From Oikopleura dioica (lineage: Eukaryota; Animalia; Chordata), in NCBI GenBank assembly GCA_907165135.1, contig OU015569.1:1-64000 (forward strand): DNA of 64,000 nucleotides, read 5' to 3'. The notes beneath the pieces are model-generated. The model was given only the letters and a program-made list of their open reading frames with translations. It was not told the DNA's origin and made no database searches. The first letter of the stretch is position 1. Each line of letters opens with the position of its first letter. This document shows positions 21,402 to 35,800 of this stretch, piece by piece. Made by a program: the position numbers and the translations under genes.

Positions 21402-24400
21402 TTTTCTCTGTGGCCCGGTTTTTCAAGAAAAAAGTTGCAGCGCTAGAAAGAAGCGCCCAAAGCTGAAAAGCAAAACCGTCTCCTTTCGCCGAGAGGGCTC
21501 CCAAACCAGACCCGATTGGGCGGTCATTTGAAGTTTGTTTTCTAGTCGCCACGTACCTCTTCCTCTGATCGCCTTACTTTTCGCTGCGCAGACTTGACAT
21601 TTGGAACATTTCTGTTTTCTTCAGTGTAACGTCGCCCCGGGCGCCGTTTAGCGGATCAGAAAGCGAGACGCTCTGCCCAACCTGCAATTATTCGAAAGGC
21701 AGAGAGTTATTAATACTACGTTGTCGCGCCTTGGCCGCCGAAAAGTGTAAAATAAAAGTTAATGAATTATTGGCAGATGCGCATGCAGGAGCTCATAAGT
21801 TGCAAGAAAGGGCCTGGCCAGTCGCCCGCTGCTCGCTCCCTTGATAAATTGCGAATAAATAAGAAGTGTGCGGATTTACGAGCGCGGCGGTTAATCGGGG
21901 CGAGAACACGCTCCTGTTGATTGATTCTAGCGCAAATACGCGGCTTCGTGGAATTATGCAAAACGCACTTGGTCAAGGTCAATCGAGAACAGTGGGAACA
22001 CAGGTCGCGCTTCCGGCTTCTACTTCCGAAAGCTGCTCATGTCGCCCAAAACATCCGAGCAGAGAATGATCACTAGTGCGCCCGTTGTTTACACGACTCC
22101 GTCTAAACCCCTTGTGCATGAGTTAATCCGCGAGGGCGCGCAACTGGCCGCCACTTCCGACAACATTCTCGGCGCTTTACGAGGCTCGATCCTTAATCGA
22201 TATCGCTCTATTAAAGCGGGTCGCTCGAAGGAAATGTCCAGAAGAAGGAAATGAGCCTTACTGACTTCTTTGGCGGTTGATTTCTTCGAAATGGGGGAAT
22301 TTGAAGGACTCGAAATCACAGACTTCAAAAAAGTGCGAAGGTGATGGATGGAGGCGCGCGTGCGGAAACACCTTGAGCACTTGATAATTGCACATTCTCC
22401 GATGCACCTTGCCCAACCAGGCAATTACTCAGTCAGTGATTAGCGAGCCAGAGGGACTCCTTCTCCCGCGGTTATGTATAATGTTTAGACGCCGATTGGC
22501 GAGATGAAAGGTTAGCCATGAAATTCGGGGAATACGACGCGCTCGAACTTGCCGAATTTTGAGTCGAATCAATCGCAAAGTGGACGATTCGCTGCTCGGC
22601 CAGCACCTGCTGTTAATTACAGAGCCAGTGACAATTCAATTAGCCCCTTTTAAAAAATACATGATTGGCGACTAGAGTGGCAATTTAAGCATTTTTGAAT
22701 GTGTACTCGTGTTTTTCTTTTTGAAGAAATAGAAGAATGATGGCTCGAAATTGCGCCTCAAGTGACAAGTTAGTGCTATTTTGGGACACTCCATTTTTCG
22801 AAAAAGGCCTTGGCCTTGTTGTGGGCCCTCGAACGGAAAACGATGCCAAGTGTAGCCGGCTTAGGTTCGCCAGCGATAAGCCCTTTCCAATTCAAAGCTA
22901 CTACTTGCAAGAGGCGATTTACGGTGCTAATGTTTCGGGCAGCGGGAACGGATGTACCTGTTCCCATTCGTCAAATTCGCCATTTTACTAGAAATCAAGG
23001 GAGTCAACATCCGAAGGATAGTCAACTCGGTTAAAAAAGAAAAGCTCGCAATTTTCGAATTGGAGGAAATTTGTTGATTGTACTTTTGAAACCTCGAGAT
23101 TCCAAACGGCGGTAGCCACTGCGGTGATTTGCCACTTTCTACAGTTTTGCTTCTATTTATTGTCGTGGCTAGGTGTTGGCAAGGCGAGATAAACAAGCAA
23201 GCAAAGCGAGTTGAAATTAGCGCTGGCTCAGATCTTCACCATTTTTAATTTTCGCCGTGAAAAGTTACGGTCTTCCGCTCTGACGATGCCCTCATCCATT
23301 GCAAGCGATGATGATTCTGGCTCGTTAAAGCAAAGTTTAATGGCCGCACATGCAAGAGCGTCAAAACTCGTGATGCTCGCCCTTCCACACTTGCAGTAGA
23401 ATCTCCATCGCGAAGTCAGCGTCCTCATCAATTCAAATTACGACAGTTTAATTCAAGCAGAGGCGCTTCCAACGTGAGAACTCGTAAACCAGCAAACGAA
23501 CAGTTCCCAAGTTCCCAACTTCTGCGCCGCCTCAGAGCCTTATTTTTGGAAACGATCAATCAGATTCCAAAACACTCAGAAAAAAAGAACGGTCGCGAAG
23601 TGATTTTTGCGAGGGTGCTTTTTTTTGAATATTCAAAAGTTCAACGCTTCTCCTTTTTTTTTGTTGAGTATCAAGGCGGCGCGTACATTTGTTGTGGCTC
23701 GGCCACAATCGCCAAATCGCCAAGTTGCCAAGCGAACAAAGCAATCTTTTTTCTAACTTGACTTTGAAAGGAAATTATCGATCCTGGCTAAATATCCTTT
23801 TTCACGAAAAGCGAAGCGCGTGACATAACTCGCTTCAAAGCGCCCGAAACTGCGCTGGATGGAACCGCGCGATTTTGGCAGCACTTGAACGGCCTCCGCG
23901 AAGGAGTAATTTGCGCGCTTCGACAATGCCGCTCTTCCGCATTCCGCTATTAGATGATTTTCGTTCTTCAAGAATCCTTTTTAAAATTAATGAAGATGAT
24001 CTCTTAGGCGAATGTTTCCGTCGCCATCCCTTTTTTAGCTAATTAGCGGCTCAACTTCAAAGTCGGGCGGGATCACTTTTTCGAGAGCTGGCGATAGTAA
24101 TCTGCTGTTATCTGCACTTGAAGCCTTTCAAATTGGTGCGCTTTGTTGCGTCCCTTGTTAAGGAATGCCTTTACTGCCAGTAAACGCGCTTTTATAGAGC
24201 GATGATTAGCGGATATGTTTTAAAGCGCGAATCAAACGAAATCAGAAGTCCATTGAAGATTTACGAGGCTGAGCGCATTTTCGAAAAAACGCTTCTTTTC
24301 GAAGTCACCAAACAATTACACTTTTCCTTTTTTAATTTTCCGATTTGGCGAATTCGAAAATGTCAAAGCTCCAACTCACCCCCAAAAAAGCCTATTTCCT

Positions 24401-27400
24401 CCGGCCCCAAAAATAATCAAGCAAGAAAAGAAACAACGCTTTGAAAAGTTCAAATTGAAGAATGTAAAAATCTCCTTTTCAAAAGTGACAAACCGTTTCG
24501 CTCGCTTTTGAAAATAACGTTTCGAAATCTGGGCTGCTTTATCGCTGTTTAAACTCACCCAGTCGATAAGTCCATTTAGCGCTTTTTCCTTTCTTTGAGA
24601 TTCGAACTCGGACTTCAAAAAAGCAAGAACAGAAATCAAGAAATTTACTATCTGTTGTACTCGGTTATTAAACTTAACTGCCGCCGTAAATAACGCCCTG
24701 GTCGACAAGTAGGCATTCAAACTTAAAGAAATGAAAGCGTTGAATTCTGAGCTCGGAATTATCCCTTTTTCGCGGAGGAAATCTCAGCCGCGCTCAAATT
24801 AATCACTCTTTCACAGTACTCTAGCAGCTACTCGCGCGTGGCAAGTGAAAAGCTCGCCCAGCCAAATCAGCATCTACTCTTTTTGCGTTTTTAGCAAGTT
24901 GAAAGCTAACCTATCAAGAACACTTTCTTTTCCACCCAAAATGGCTGCTTTAGGATCCTGACTCAGATCTCTAAAGAGCTTGTCTCTTGAAGAACTTTGC
25001 GAAAGAATTGGTTAACTGTAAATTGATGGCTAGAGGGAGAGTACTCTTCCTTGATTTCAAAACTGAGATTGGAAAAACTCGCGATCTGTTGATCTCCGAG
25101 CGCAGGTGCTTGTTGTTTTATCAAGCAGTGTATAAAGGTAGCTGAGAATTGAAGGTGAAGGGCAGGGCCGAGTTGACGATGTGGGGATTGATGTGTAGAG
25201 GGCGCGATTTAGCGCCGCCGCTGCTGCGCTCTGTAGCTCCGCTCTGCCCCGCGGTGGCCCGTGTAGGACTCTATCATGTAACTGACTTAGTAAGACCTTG
25301 CTGCCGTTAGAACCTCGGACAATATGGACAAGTAGAGATCCAAGAAAAAGATTCTCCGAAAGAAACTGTCTAAAAGAGAGCAAAAGAAGAAAGAAAAGAG
25401 AGATTAACAGAAAACAAGAAAAAACAAGCCGTTCAGTCTTTCCGGAAAGTTGGTAAGTTTCTAATTGACTCCAAATTTGCGCATTAGCGGAACAAGCAGA
25501 CGATCAATCGAGCGAGCATTTATCAACTCATTTTCCAAATTCATCAATTTCGACAATTTTTTCGAAAATTCAAAATCGAAAATCGAAAACTCAAAAGCGA
25601 AAAAGAAAAAAAAAGCGTTGTAAATGTAAACTAAAGATATTTTTACGAGGCGCGTTGATCGTCGGATCATCTCCGGATGCGCTCCTTTCATCTTTTGAAC
25701 TTTCAACTTGTTCCTCGCTAGTTCTCGAGCAGCGAGGCGTGTCCCTCCTCAATCTCCGCCTCGCGCCAACTCAGATTGTCGCTTATCAGTAAATTGCTCT
25801 TTTCGACGCTGTGAAGTGTAACTTACGCGGCGAAACACGAGTAACGCGGCGGCGAGGCCGTGTTGAGTTGAACTGGCTTAATTGTTGTGAACATTGTCCT
25901 CCTCACACTTCTCCTGGCCGTGTTTGCGGCCAAACTGCAACCTTGGGCCAACATTTCCGAATTATGCAACAATTCATTTCAGCGTTATTTTTCGAGTTTT
26001 GCGATTTTTGAAAATTGGAATTTCCGCATTTCCAATCTCAAAAAAAAAAGATAGGCAAAGATGCGAATTGCCAGATAACACTCTCCGACGAGTTTCTTTT
26101 TGCCCAACTGCTGGACAAGCGCCAGGACTGAACCCTCGCACAACAGCTTCCCAAGTACTTCGACAAAGTGGGAATGGCATCACTTTTGGACAAAGAATTT
26201 CTCGAAAATTTCTTTGGCAATTCAAGCTTTTCTGAAGTCTTTTTGAAAATTCAAAGGAACTCGAGGAGTTTGGCCAAGGTTTAGACTTTCTTTTGGATTG
26301 AAAAAATGAAGCTGCTTTTCAGTAAACATGGGAAGATAAACCTATTTCAAAATGAAAGCTGGTGATGATTTGGCTGTGTGGAAACCTGACTCAGGGTCCT
26401 CAAAGAGCTTTAATAAAAGTTGGGTTTCTGAAGGCGCTTGAAGATTTTGGGTGTGATTACGAGGATAATTGAGTTCTCAGGGATTAAGAGTGGCCTGGCC
26501 TGCCAAGATGCAATGTTCTCGTGCTGCCGATCGGTGGGTATTATCTCTTGCATTTTGCGTAATGAGCGGGACGCGCGCCTTGGCTAGCTGCCCGGATGCG
26601 CGCTCTCAATCAGTTCCAAGCAGGTGCTCCAGCAAGAGCGCGCCAGTGACACTAATATTGCCGGATACTCGCCGCGCTTCCAAAGAATAAGGAAGAGGCA
26701 CTATTGTGTGACGTTCCAGGCGCGAGTTTTCAACAAGTTCAACAATGCCCAAAACAACTGCTCGCTTGAAAAATTGAAAGAATGGCCGAGAATTCCAGCC
26801 TCGCTCCGCCGCCGCCCAGTTTGCTCGGCAGCGAAAATCTAAGGCGCTGGAAGGCGCTAATCGAAACTGTTTGATTATTCAAAATTTGGGAACAGGGCTA
26901 GAAAATTAAAGTGTTGGCCGCTTCCCACGGATATTTCCGCAGCTATTGTGAGCGCTGCAGCTGGGAAATTCGTTCTATTAGACGGGGATCACTCGGACAA
27001 TAGCGCAGCAAAAGATGAGATTTAGTTGATCGCCGCGGCCGACAATGGACAATCGTGCCTCAAATTCAACATCGCAAAATCACTCTCTCGACTTCTTTCA
27101 AAAATCCTAATCGCCGGTACTCTTCTTTTCCTTTATTCCTCGAATTCTGCTCTGTTTTCATTTTTAATCCGCAGAAAATTGCGCTCATAAATTATCATCT
27201 TTGAATTTTCCTTCTTTTAACCTATTTTCGCGGGGAAACAATTACGAATTGTATTGTGAACTAGGGGTAAGCTTTCGTACAATTCAAACTGATTTTCTCA
27301 GCAATATTTTAAACAGATTAGATGCTTAGAATTTAAGAAAGACAATATTGCAGATTTTGATATTTGAAGTTCAAAAATTGCTTTCCTTGCACGAAGGGGT

Positions 27401-29895
27401 TAATTATTGGGAAGACAGTTGCGGACAGTTATGTTTTTCCTATTTTGGCGCCATTTGAGGCGGAACGAATCCGATTAAAAAACTCCGGAACGTTCAAGAA
27501 CGTTTTTCCGCGAGTTTTGGTTAGTTGGAAAAAGAGAGTGGCACCCTTGATTCTGTAGACGGCTGGAGAAGGGCCAAGGAGTAGTAAGGTCCTCCGGAAG
27601 GACTGATTTTAAACGCGCCGTTAAAGCAGCCTTGCCATCATCAAAGCGCTGGAAACAAAGGGGCGCGGAAATCATTGAGGATGAGAAACTTCTAGGCTGA
27701 AATTTTTATGAGGGGATTAAACGGGCCGCCACGCAGCGATGGGTTAGGACGGCGAAAGACGATCGCCTCGAATTGACAATTCTGAAAAGCAATTTCGCCA
27801 TCTCCGGATCAAATTGACAATTTTCAAAAACGCTCTTCTTGTTTTGTTTCCAGAGCCATTTGTTGTGCTTTGATAGTGCTGTAGTTTGGGCAACTGCTAC
27901 AGTATCGACTGAGCCAGACGAGCGATACGAGCTTACAGGGAGGGCCTTTTGATTGCCCTGCCAAGAATCAGAAATCTCCTTCACGGCAGAAAATTTATTG
28001 CGCTGCGAAAAGCTGCTCAATTATGGAGCAATTAGCCAAGCTGGTGACCTTTTGGCTTGGCTTCCGGTTCGTGCACAAAATGCTACCGATGGCTCGAGTG
28101 AATCATTTCCCTTCAGATTCCAAGTTCAAGCTCAGCACTTTTACGAATGGCGAATGAATTTTGGTACATAACTATATTTTTCTGATCCCTTTCGTCCCCA
28201 GCGCCTGAGTCATAGCAAAGTATTTGGCATAAAGTAGGCACAGAAATAGGGCGACAACAGTATGGGCATCCGCGTAGTGGTGACAAGGACACTCTGAATT
28301 ACAATTTTCGCGTTTGAAGTTGTCTGCCATTTTTCGAGTCTTCTCACTTCACTCAGCAATCTTAATGAAAAGTGATGATTGCTGGTTTTCGTGTTCAAAT
28401 TAAAGCGCTCTATGTTTATTTAATGGCATCTGGATCGGAAGAGCACCGGCAGCGCGTTTTATGGCCCATTTGAAATATAAAAATGTATAAAAAAGTAGGT
28501 GGCCTTTTCTTTTCTCCGCGTTAGTAGTTTTATATTTACGGCGGCGGGGCGAGCAGCTGCCACCTTGTCAAATCAGCTACTTGTAATGAGTTAATTCACT
28601 TTGCGCAAACACGGAGCGGTTAAAAATAAAGCCAGAAATCAACTCGCAACACAGCGGCTATTTTGAGACAAGTTCTATACAGTCTCTTCTAGCGCGCTTT
28701 CGAGTCCTGCCAAGACAGCCGCGATTTGTGCAGCCAAATCAAAAGAACAAGGATGTCGCTTTGTTGGCTAAAGCCGAAGAAAGGGTCACTCTCTCGCTTA
28801 CGTCATAAAGCCCGGCCCTGTTTCGCTGGTAGTTCTAGTTTGCTCAGTCCGAGTCTTCTTTCAATCGCGCTTCCTTTCGAATTTCCCCGCGCGTGGCTCA
28901 GACGGACGGGCGTCGTGGCCCTCGCGCACTCGCTGAAGTACTCATTGTGCCCGGGAAGCGTGCCTTTCGCCACTCGAGATGGCCCCCAAGCTCGAGCCAG
29001 GCTCAAGTGCCTCGATGGAATTCGCGGGCTCCCTGTTGGGGGTCCCAAGCAGCGACTCATCGCAACTCGCGCGGATTAGCACACGCGCCCTTGATTGAGT
29101 ACACGCAGCCAGCAGCGTTTTTACCAAGCCCGCGTTCTGGATTCTAGAGAAGGAGAAACCCCCAAAGGTATCTTTCTTTCATCGCCTCGCCACTTTAGTG
29201 ACCTGAATCAGCTTTGATTTTGACCCCGCTTTGTGCGCAAGATGGGAAAAGGCAGTGAAAGGGAAGTAAGCGCACCCAGCGTTTTTTTCGTATTTTTCCC
29301 AGCGCCCTTCCTTGCCAAGAGAATGCAAGTCTTTATTGGTTGTAAACGAAAAGTTCAAAACTAGCCGGTGACAGCTTTATCAGCTCTTCTGATTATCTTT
29401 GATTATAAGTTTTTTACAGCGTCGTTACCTTTTACGCCGCTTTTCAATAATCATTCTTGTTTGTATTCTGCTCCTTGCTGACCTTTACGAGTCCATCCAT
29501 CACACACCTAACTCAGAGAAGTCGCATTTTTCACCATATAACTTCGAGCAAGCACCCAAACTTCCCACACTTTATTTTCTCCACTGAGAGCAGTCTTCTA
29601 TGATTTCAAGCGCCCGGAAACAGAAGCATTTTTAGTTTTTGCATTTTGAGAATTCTTCCTTTTCGACTTCGACTTCGTAAAAGACGCTCATTTTGGGCGC
29701 GTTTGATGGATAATTGAGTAGTGCCAGCCTTTGATCCTTTTGGAGACAAATTGTCCGTCCTGCGCGACAAACTCCCTAATGTGTCAATTATTGTTTAAAG
29801 CCTTTGAAAATGTAGGCCGATTAAGAATTTATCGTTTCGAGCTGAATAATTGAGCGCCAGTAATCGAATACTATTTTAGATGAGCTAGACGTTGG

Positions 29896-32800
29896 ATGGG
29901 TTGGAAGCGCGGCTTCGTCAAATGGGGACTGCTAGGACAACTTTCATCCTTCGCGCGAACACAGGAGCTCTTTAGTGCCTGTCCCACCAGCTGCCGGACA
30001 TGCGACGATCTGGGCAGTTGTCTGAGCTGTGAGCCCGGCTCCGTGCTCCAGAACTACGAGTGCGTGGAGCAGTGCTCAGACGGCCTTTTCGAACGCGACG
30101 GAGAGTGCCACTTCTGCCCGATAAACTGCGACACCTGCAATTCAGAACATGTAAGTGCCCCATTCATCTTCAGTCTTAGAATTAACCGTTCTTAGGATTG
30201 CAAGTCTTGCGCGGAAGGCAGCTTCGCGCAGGAAGGAGTCTGCGTGAACGCGTGCAGCGAGGGCTTCTACCTCGAGCGCGAGACATGTCTCAAGTGCGGA
30301 GATTACTGCGTCGAGTGCTGGACACGAGACGAGTGCACTCTCTGCGAGTCGGGCATGCTTCTCCAAGGAGCCTACTGCGTGCCCAGCTGCTCGCTCGGCT
30401 TCTCGCAGGTAGACGGGATCTGCTTGCCCTGCCAGACCGGCTGCGAGGAGTGCCACTACTCCAGCCAGAAATGTAAAAAGTGTTCCCCTGGATTATTTCT
30501 GTACGAAGGCAACTGCAAGCGCGAGTGCCCTCCCGAGACTGGCCAGCCGCAAAATGGTGCATGCGGCGCCGTCCACTACAAACTGCCCAGGAACAAGCTA
30601 CTGCGCCTGTCCAACATCGTCGACGTGCCCGAAAAGTCAAACAAGTACACGATCAAGTTCTCCAACTCCGGCGCCGGGCGACTCTTCCTCCAGAACCCGA
30701 TGGATGGTGCCTGGCCGATGTACGTCCTGGACGACTCGTCCTCTTACCCGTCTCCTGTTGACACGCTGGAATTCACCGCCGAAGACTTGGACAACGCGTG
30801 GTACAGGCCGAGTGCAGACATGGAGACAGACCATTTAGACTTTGAAATTTACCTGAACGAGCAATTAGTGGAAGACAGCTCAGTGACACTGGACCTGCTG
30901 AACGACGCTTTGGGAGTGATCCAGCCAGATAGAAACGCGAAACTGAGCAGAGTGATTCCGCCCGGAACTACTCGCGAACTCACTGGAATGAAGTTCTCCT
31001 CTTCCAAAGAAACCCCTTCTGAAGGTAATTTTGATTTCCGTTCTTTTCATTTTCATTTTCTCTGAATTGAACTATTTCTATAATTGGCGAAATTTGAAAA
31101 TGAGTGGGAACGGAAGTAGCCGGCTCAGCGTGGCTTTAACTTGTTTCCAGATATCATCTATTCACTGAACTCTCGCTTACCGCCTGGCTTTGCTACGATC
31201 GAGCGCATCCCCTACGGACCTGTCTCCGAGTTCACGCAATATGATCTCGACCGGGGCGATGTCATCGTCGCCACCTCTGAAGCCTGGCCGGGACACGACC
31301 TGACCTTCGACTTTTACGTCTCCGACAACGAAGGCGTCACCATGGAGCCCTTCGTCTATACCATCAAGTCGCCGACCTTCAAAGTCAGCGCCGGAAAATC
31401 TGTAGCTTTGTCGGTCGAAGAAGCTGGAATCCACCCCAAAGCACTCAAAGACAAGGACTCTTTCTACATTCTCAGCCAAGCTCCGTTCTTTGGCGACATT
31501 CTCGTCGATGGAAAGAAAGTCAGCGAAGGAGAGAGCTTCTTGCTTTCGTCAAAAGTGGAGTATGCTACAGAGAGAACTGTCAAAGCGTCTGAAGACTCTG
31601 TTCAAGTGACGTCCTACTTTGGAAACAAGGATGAGGACATTCGCCTCTCGATTCTCATCGATGATTCCAACTTGGGACCTGTGCTGGCATCTTCGCTCAA
31701 ATTGGATGTGAGCAGCATTCGACAAGAGATACATTCTTCCTCGCTCAGGTTCACAAGCGACGGTTCTTCTATCGAGTACAAAATCAACGAGGACCCACTT
31801 TGGGGATTGCTGGAAAAACGCGTGGGCAATGGCTATTCCTCGATGGCGCTGGGCAATACGTTTTCCCAGGCGGATGTGGACGAGGGATTGATCTACTATC
31901 ACTTTTACGGATCGGACAGTAATCCTTCCGACTACGTCGAGCTCACCGTGACTGATGAGCTCGGCCACCAAGTTCAAGAAAAATTGATGATTTACGTCAG
32001 CATAGCGGACGAAGTCTCAACCATCATGCCAGACTTGGAGTTCTTTGACATTGACACGCAGCTCGACAATTTCGACACTTTCGAAGGCGCCCATGAAATT
32101 TCCACTTTCGCGACTCCGACCGTGTTCACTATTGGCGTTTCCGAGAAAAGGATTCTCCATCCTGTCGACTTAGGAATCGCTGTTCCCTCGAGATCTGACT
32201 GGGTTGAGATGCTGGTCGCGCCAAGATTGGGAGAAGTGCTCAATGCGGACGACGGAAGCGAATTCGTCGTTGCCAATGTTGCCGACTTGATCGACGGAAA
32301 GATCGTGTTTCAATCTGGCGCGAAAGCCGGCTCCGACGAAGTCCAATTCACAGTTTACCTCACCTACAACGAAGGAGCTGCTCAGACGATCACAGTCCCC
32401 GTCGAAGTCGTCGGCGATTCCCAGGACTCGTACGTCGACTCTTCCGCAAATTATCTCTCCTCTTCCTCGCAGGACACGTACTCCGGCTACTTCAACGAAG
32501 AGATCGACTCGCAGTCCGAGATGAACAGTCTCATCAGTCCGAATTTGGCGACGCCGGAATTCTTGGAGCTCGAGAACTCGAGAAAGAAATCCCCGGAGAG
32601 CCCTGCCAGCCGCAAAGAAGGACGTTTCGTTGGAATTCCAAGCGTCAAAAACACGATCGAAGTTCAAGCGAACAAAATCAAAATCATTACCGAATTGGCT
32701 ACTTTGCCGGACACGGACAGTTCGACCAGGTTTACCATCGACACTCCTCCAAGCAAAGGTAAAATTAAAAATCAGGGCGATCGAGTGAAGATGACTTTTA

Positions 32801-35800
32801 GGATATCTGAAGCTGCTGGACGAAGCAGGGTCGGAAATCGGCTCTGTTCTGTCTTTTGGCGATTCTTTCCTGCGCCGGGACGTGGAGGAAGGGCGACTGT
32901 GCTACGAAGGCACTGGCGGCGTCGGAGTCAACACTTTTTCGATCCGGGAAGACTCGTTCTCTTACACGCTCGGCGAGGGGCAGTTCAAGCGCTTCGGCGA
33001 AGTGACGATCCGAGTAGAAGACTTTACGCTGGGGAACACGCTGGACCGCTCGCTGCCCGGCTCCGAGGTGGAGAATGAAAAAGACACAGAGTTCGACCCC
33101 GACGGTGACGAGCGGGGCGCCTCACAGAGTGCAGTTATTGGCTCTCCACTTGTGGCAAGTTTTCGACGGCCCGTGAGTATAAAAACATAGAAACAAGTCA
33201 TTCATTTGTCAAAATTTCCGAAAAAGCTATTTCGCGAAATTTTCAACATTTCATCCTTTTTTTTATTTCCAGTAGAAAGAAACAAAAACGACAAAACGAC
33301 TTCAACCATGTTTTTATACCTCACTCTTTCACGAATCAATTTATTTCTAACAAAAATCAAAAAACACACACTCACCGAATTTGTGATAATTAAGAGTATA
33401 GTCGTCGATTTGGCCAATTTCAGGGGCTTATAAGAGTTTTTTGCTCAGAATTTTAAGGGCATCCTAAAAATAAGCTCAGATTAATAATTGGAGAACTGAC
33501 CAATTTCGATGACTATACGCTTAAATTAACCACAACAATGTCTATCACCGGGCGTATTTTCGTTTGAGCAAGTAAATTCGAAGACACTTTCTAAGCCCGC
33601 TTCAAAAGCGCCCATGCTCAAAATATTTAAACTTGGGCGGAGAAAAGTGAACTGTTTCCTAACTCCGAAATCTCACTTTTGCGGCGGCGCACCAAAACGC
33701 CGGCTTAGCATTTAAAGCCAGCAAGCTGCTATCATGAAAGGCAGTTGTATATTCCAATCCTAATCTGCGCAGTACTACTTTTTTCGCCGGAATAAATCAA
33801 CCGCCGAAATGATTGACTTTGAACGCGCGTTTGAATTTTCGTCTTTTTACGAGGATGAGGCACACTTTCGCTAGTTTCAATCGCTCGAAAGGGCAGAAGC
33901 CTTTTAGGGGTTTTTATAATGTGTAGGATCAAAGCAGCGCGGTTTTAGTGTCTTTCCAAGTACTTTCAATGACGAGCAAGTTCTTTGATGGGTCCACTTT
34001 TCTCGATGCGAGAGTCGCTAAACACACAAAAAGGAGAAAACAAGGAGGATTGAGGCATTATTGCACTGAAGCAACAACGCCTTCACAAACCACCTTTCCC
34101 ATGTCTTAAATTTAAGACAACAATTTATTTGTATTCGTAAAGATTTAAACTAAACATAAACTTCGCAGCTCAAAATTGTTAAAAATCGTTGTAAACTCCG
34201 AATTTTCAAAAATTAATAAATGAAAATTTCCATGATCTTTTTCGCCCATATTTTTAAGAAAAAAGCGTCGATTTTGGAGATGCTGCTGCCAAAACCTGCC
34301 GCAATAAATACCCTTTATAGGTCTTAAACTCTTTCTAATTGTCTCCAAGCCTAACGACTGTCTGAAGTGTCCCGTGAGAGCTGGGCGATAACTCTTTCCC
34401 ATTTCCGGAAAATATTTTCTTTTGAACAAAAAAAAATTTAGCGGGCGGGGGCGCGCGCGAGCTGAGCTGAAATTTTTAGGGCTAGGCTTATGGATGCGCC
34501 CCTTGAAGAGGCTAGAAGCCCATGTAGAGTGTTTTCGGCCTGATGTATCTGAGTGTTTTACTTGTCGCTCTTTTCGAGTTGCCAGTGCGCGGCTCAGAAG
34601 ACGACGAAAGCTTTTTTAACGCGCAAGAGACGGACTTTTATGAAGACTTCGCGCCGCAGATTTTTTACTCGCACCAGAACGCCTATGTCAGCTCGTACGA
34701 CAATGCACAGGCGATTAATGCCTTTGCCCCGGAAGAGAGCTCTTACTTCACCGAGTACTCCGAATACGGCGATAATGAACTAGAGACAATGATTGAGGAC
34801 GAGTACTTTGCCCCGAACTTGGGCCAAGATTCTCAGGTGAATGAACCATCCCCAAAACTTTTCGGCCAAGAAAAAGAGTTGAAGGTCACGTGTTAGTTTT
34901 AAGCCCTTGTCCCGATGGTGTCGAGATTGCGTCTCTGCTGGCAGCAGTTTCGCCAAGAAGTGGCCATCTCGAACATGATCGGCGCCGGGATCAGGAGCAC
35001 CGCATGAGCCAGATAAGCTCGAGTGTATTTGGTGCAGATCCATCCGAACTCAATTATGCGTGAAGGCCGAGTGCCTTCTCTTTAATTTCGACAACAAACA
35101 CAAACGCGTGCCACTCTTTCTCGATTTTACTCCGAGTCAAGGGCAAATCTCATTATTTGCATTATTTGCCCAAGGAGCCCAAATTTGAAGCTTAGGGTTG
35201 ACCTTTTGCTCCTGCGATTTTATAAATATTATTCTACCGCCAAGCGCCAAATAATCGATCCGCCAAATTAACAAAAAAACACACTTTGTCAAAACTCAAT
35301 CGCTAATCAATACGGAATTGTCAATACCAAGTACAGAGCTAAAAATTAAGCGCGGAAGGTTTCAGCTGCCAAAAACACCCGCTCTTCTTCAAAAAAGAGG
35401 ACATTCTTGAGGTCATTTAACTGGCAGCACTTCCTCTCATACGCGCACTGCCAAATTTTTAGCGAGTTTTCAAAATTACGAGTTGATTTTTTTCGAAGTT
35501 TGCCTTTTTGGGCGCGGCCGAGCAGCGCATCTCCAAGGTCAACAAAATGAACAATACGTTCGGTGATAACCAAAATTACACAATATTAATCGAGTTGTTT
35601 TTTGATTTTACACGATATCATTAAGCGTAGCAGTCTGTAACACTGTTTCAGAAGCCCACTCTTCGCCTGAACACCATCCACTGCGAAGAGTCCGCCCGGC
35701 GCATCATTACCTCCAACGACGTCATCGCCGACGACAACGGCTACAGCCAGGTACTGTAATCACTGTCTTTTATCTTTGATCATCTCGAGCAGCTCGACTG

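Noticed and set aside
34902-35075. PCPDGVEI...PRSGHLEH, a faintly CSPG-like segment in the FRAS1 intron
   Set aside because: The phase does not match the adjacent donors and the similarity is too weak.
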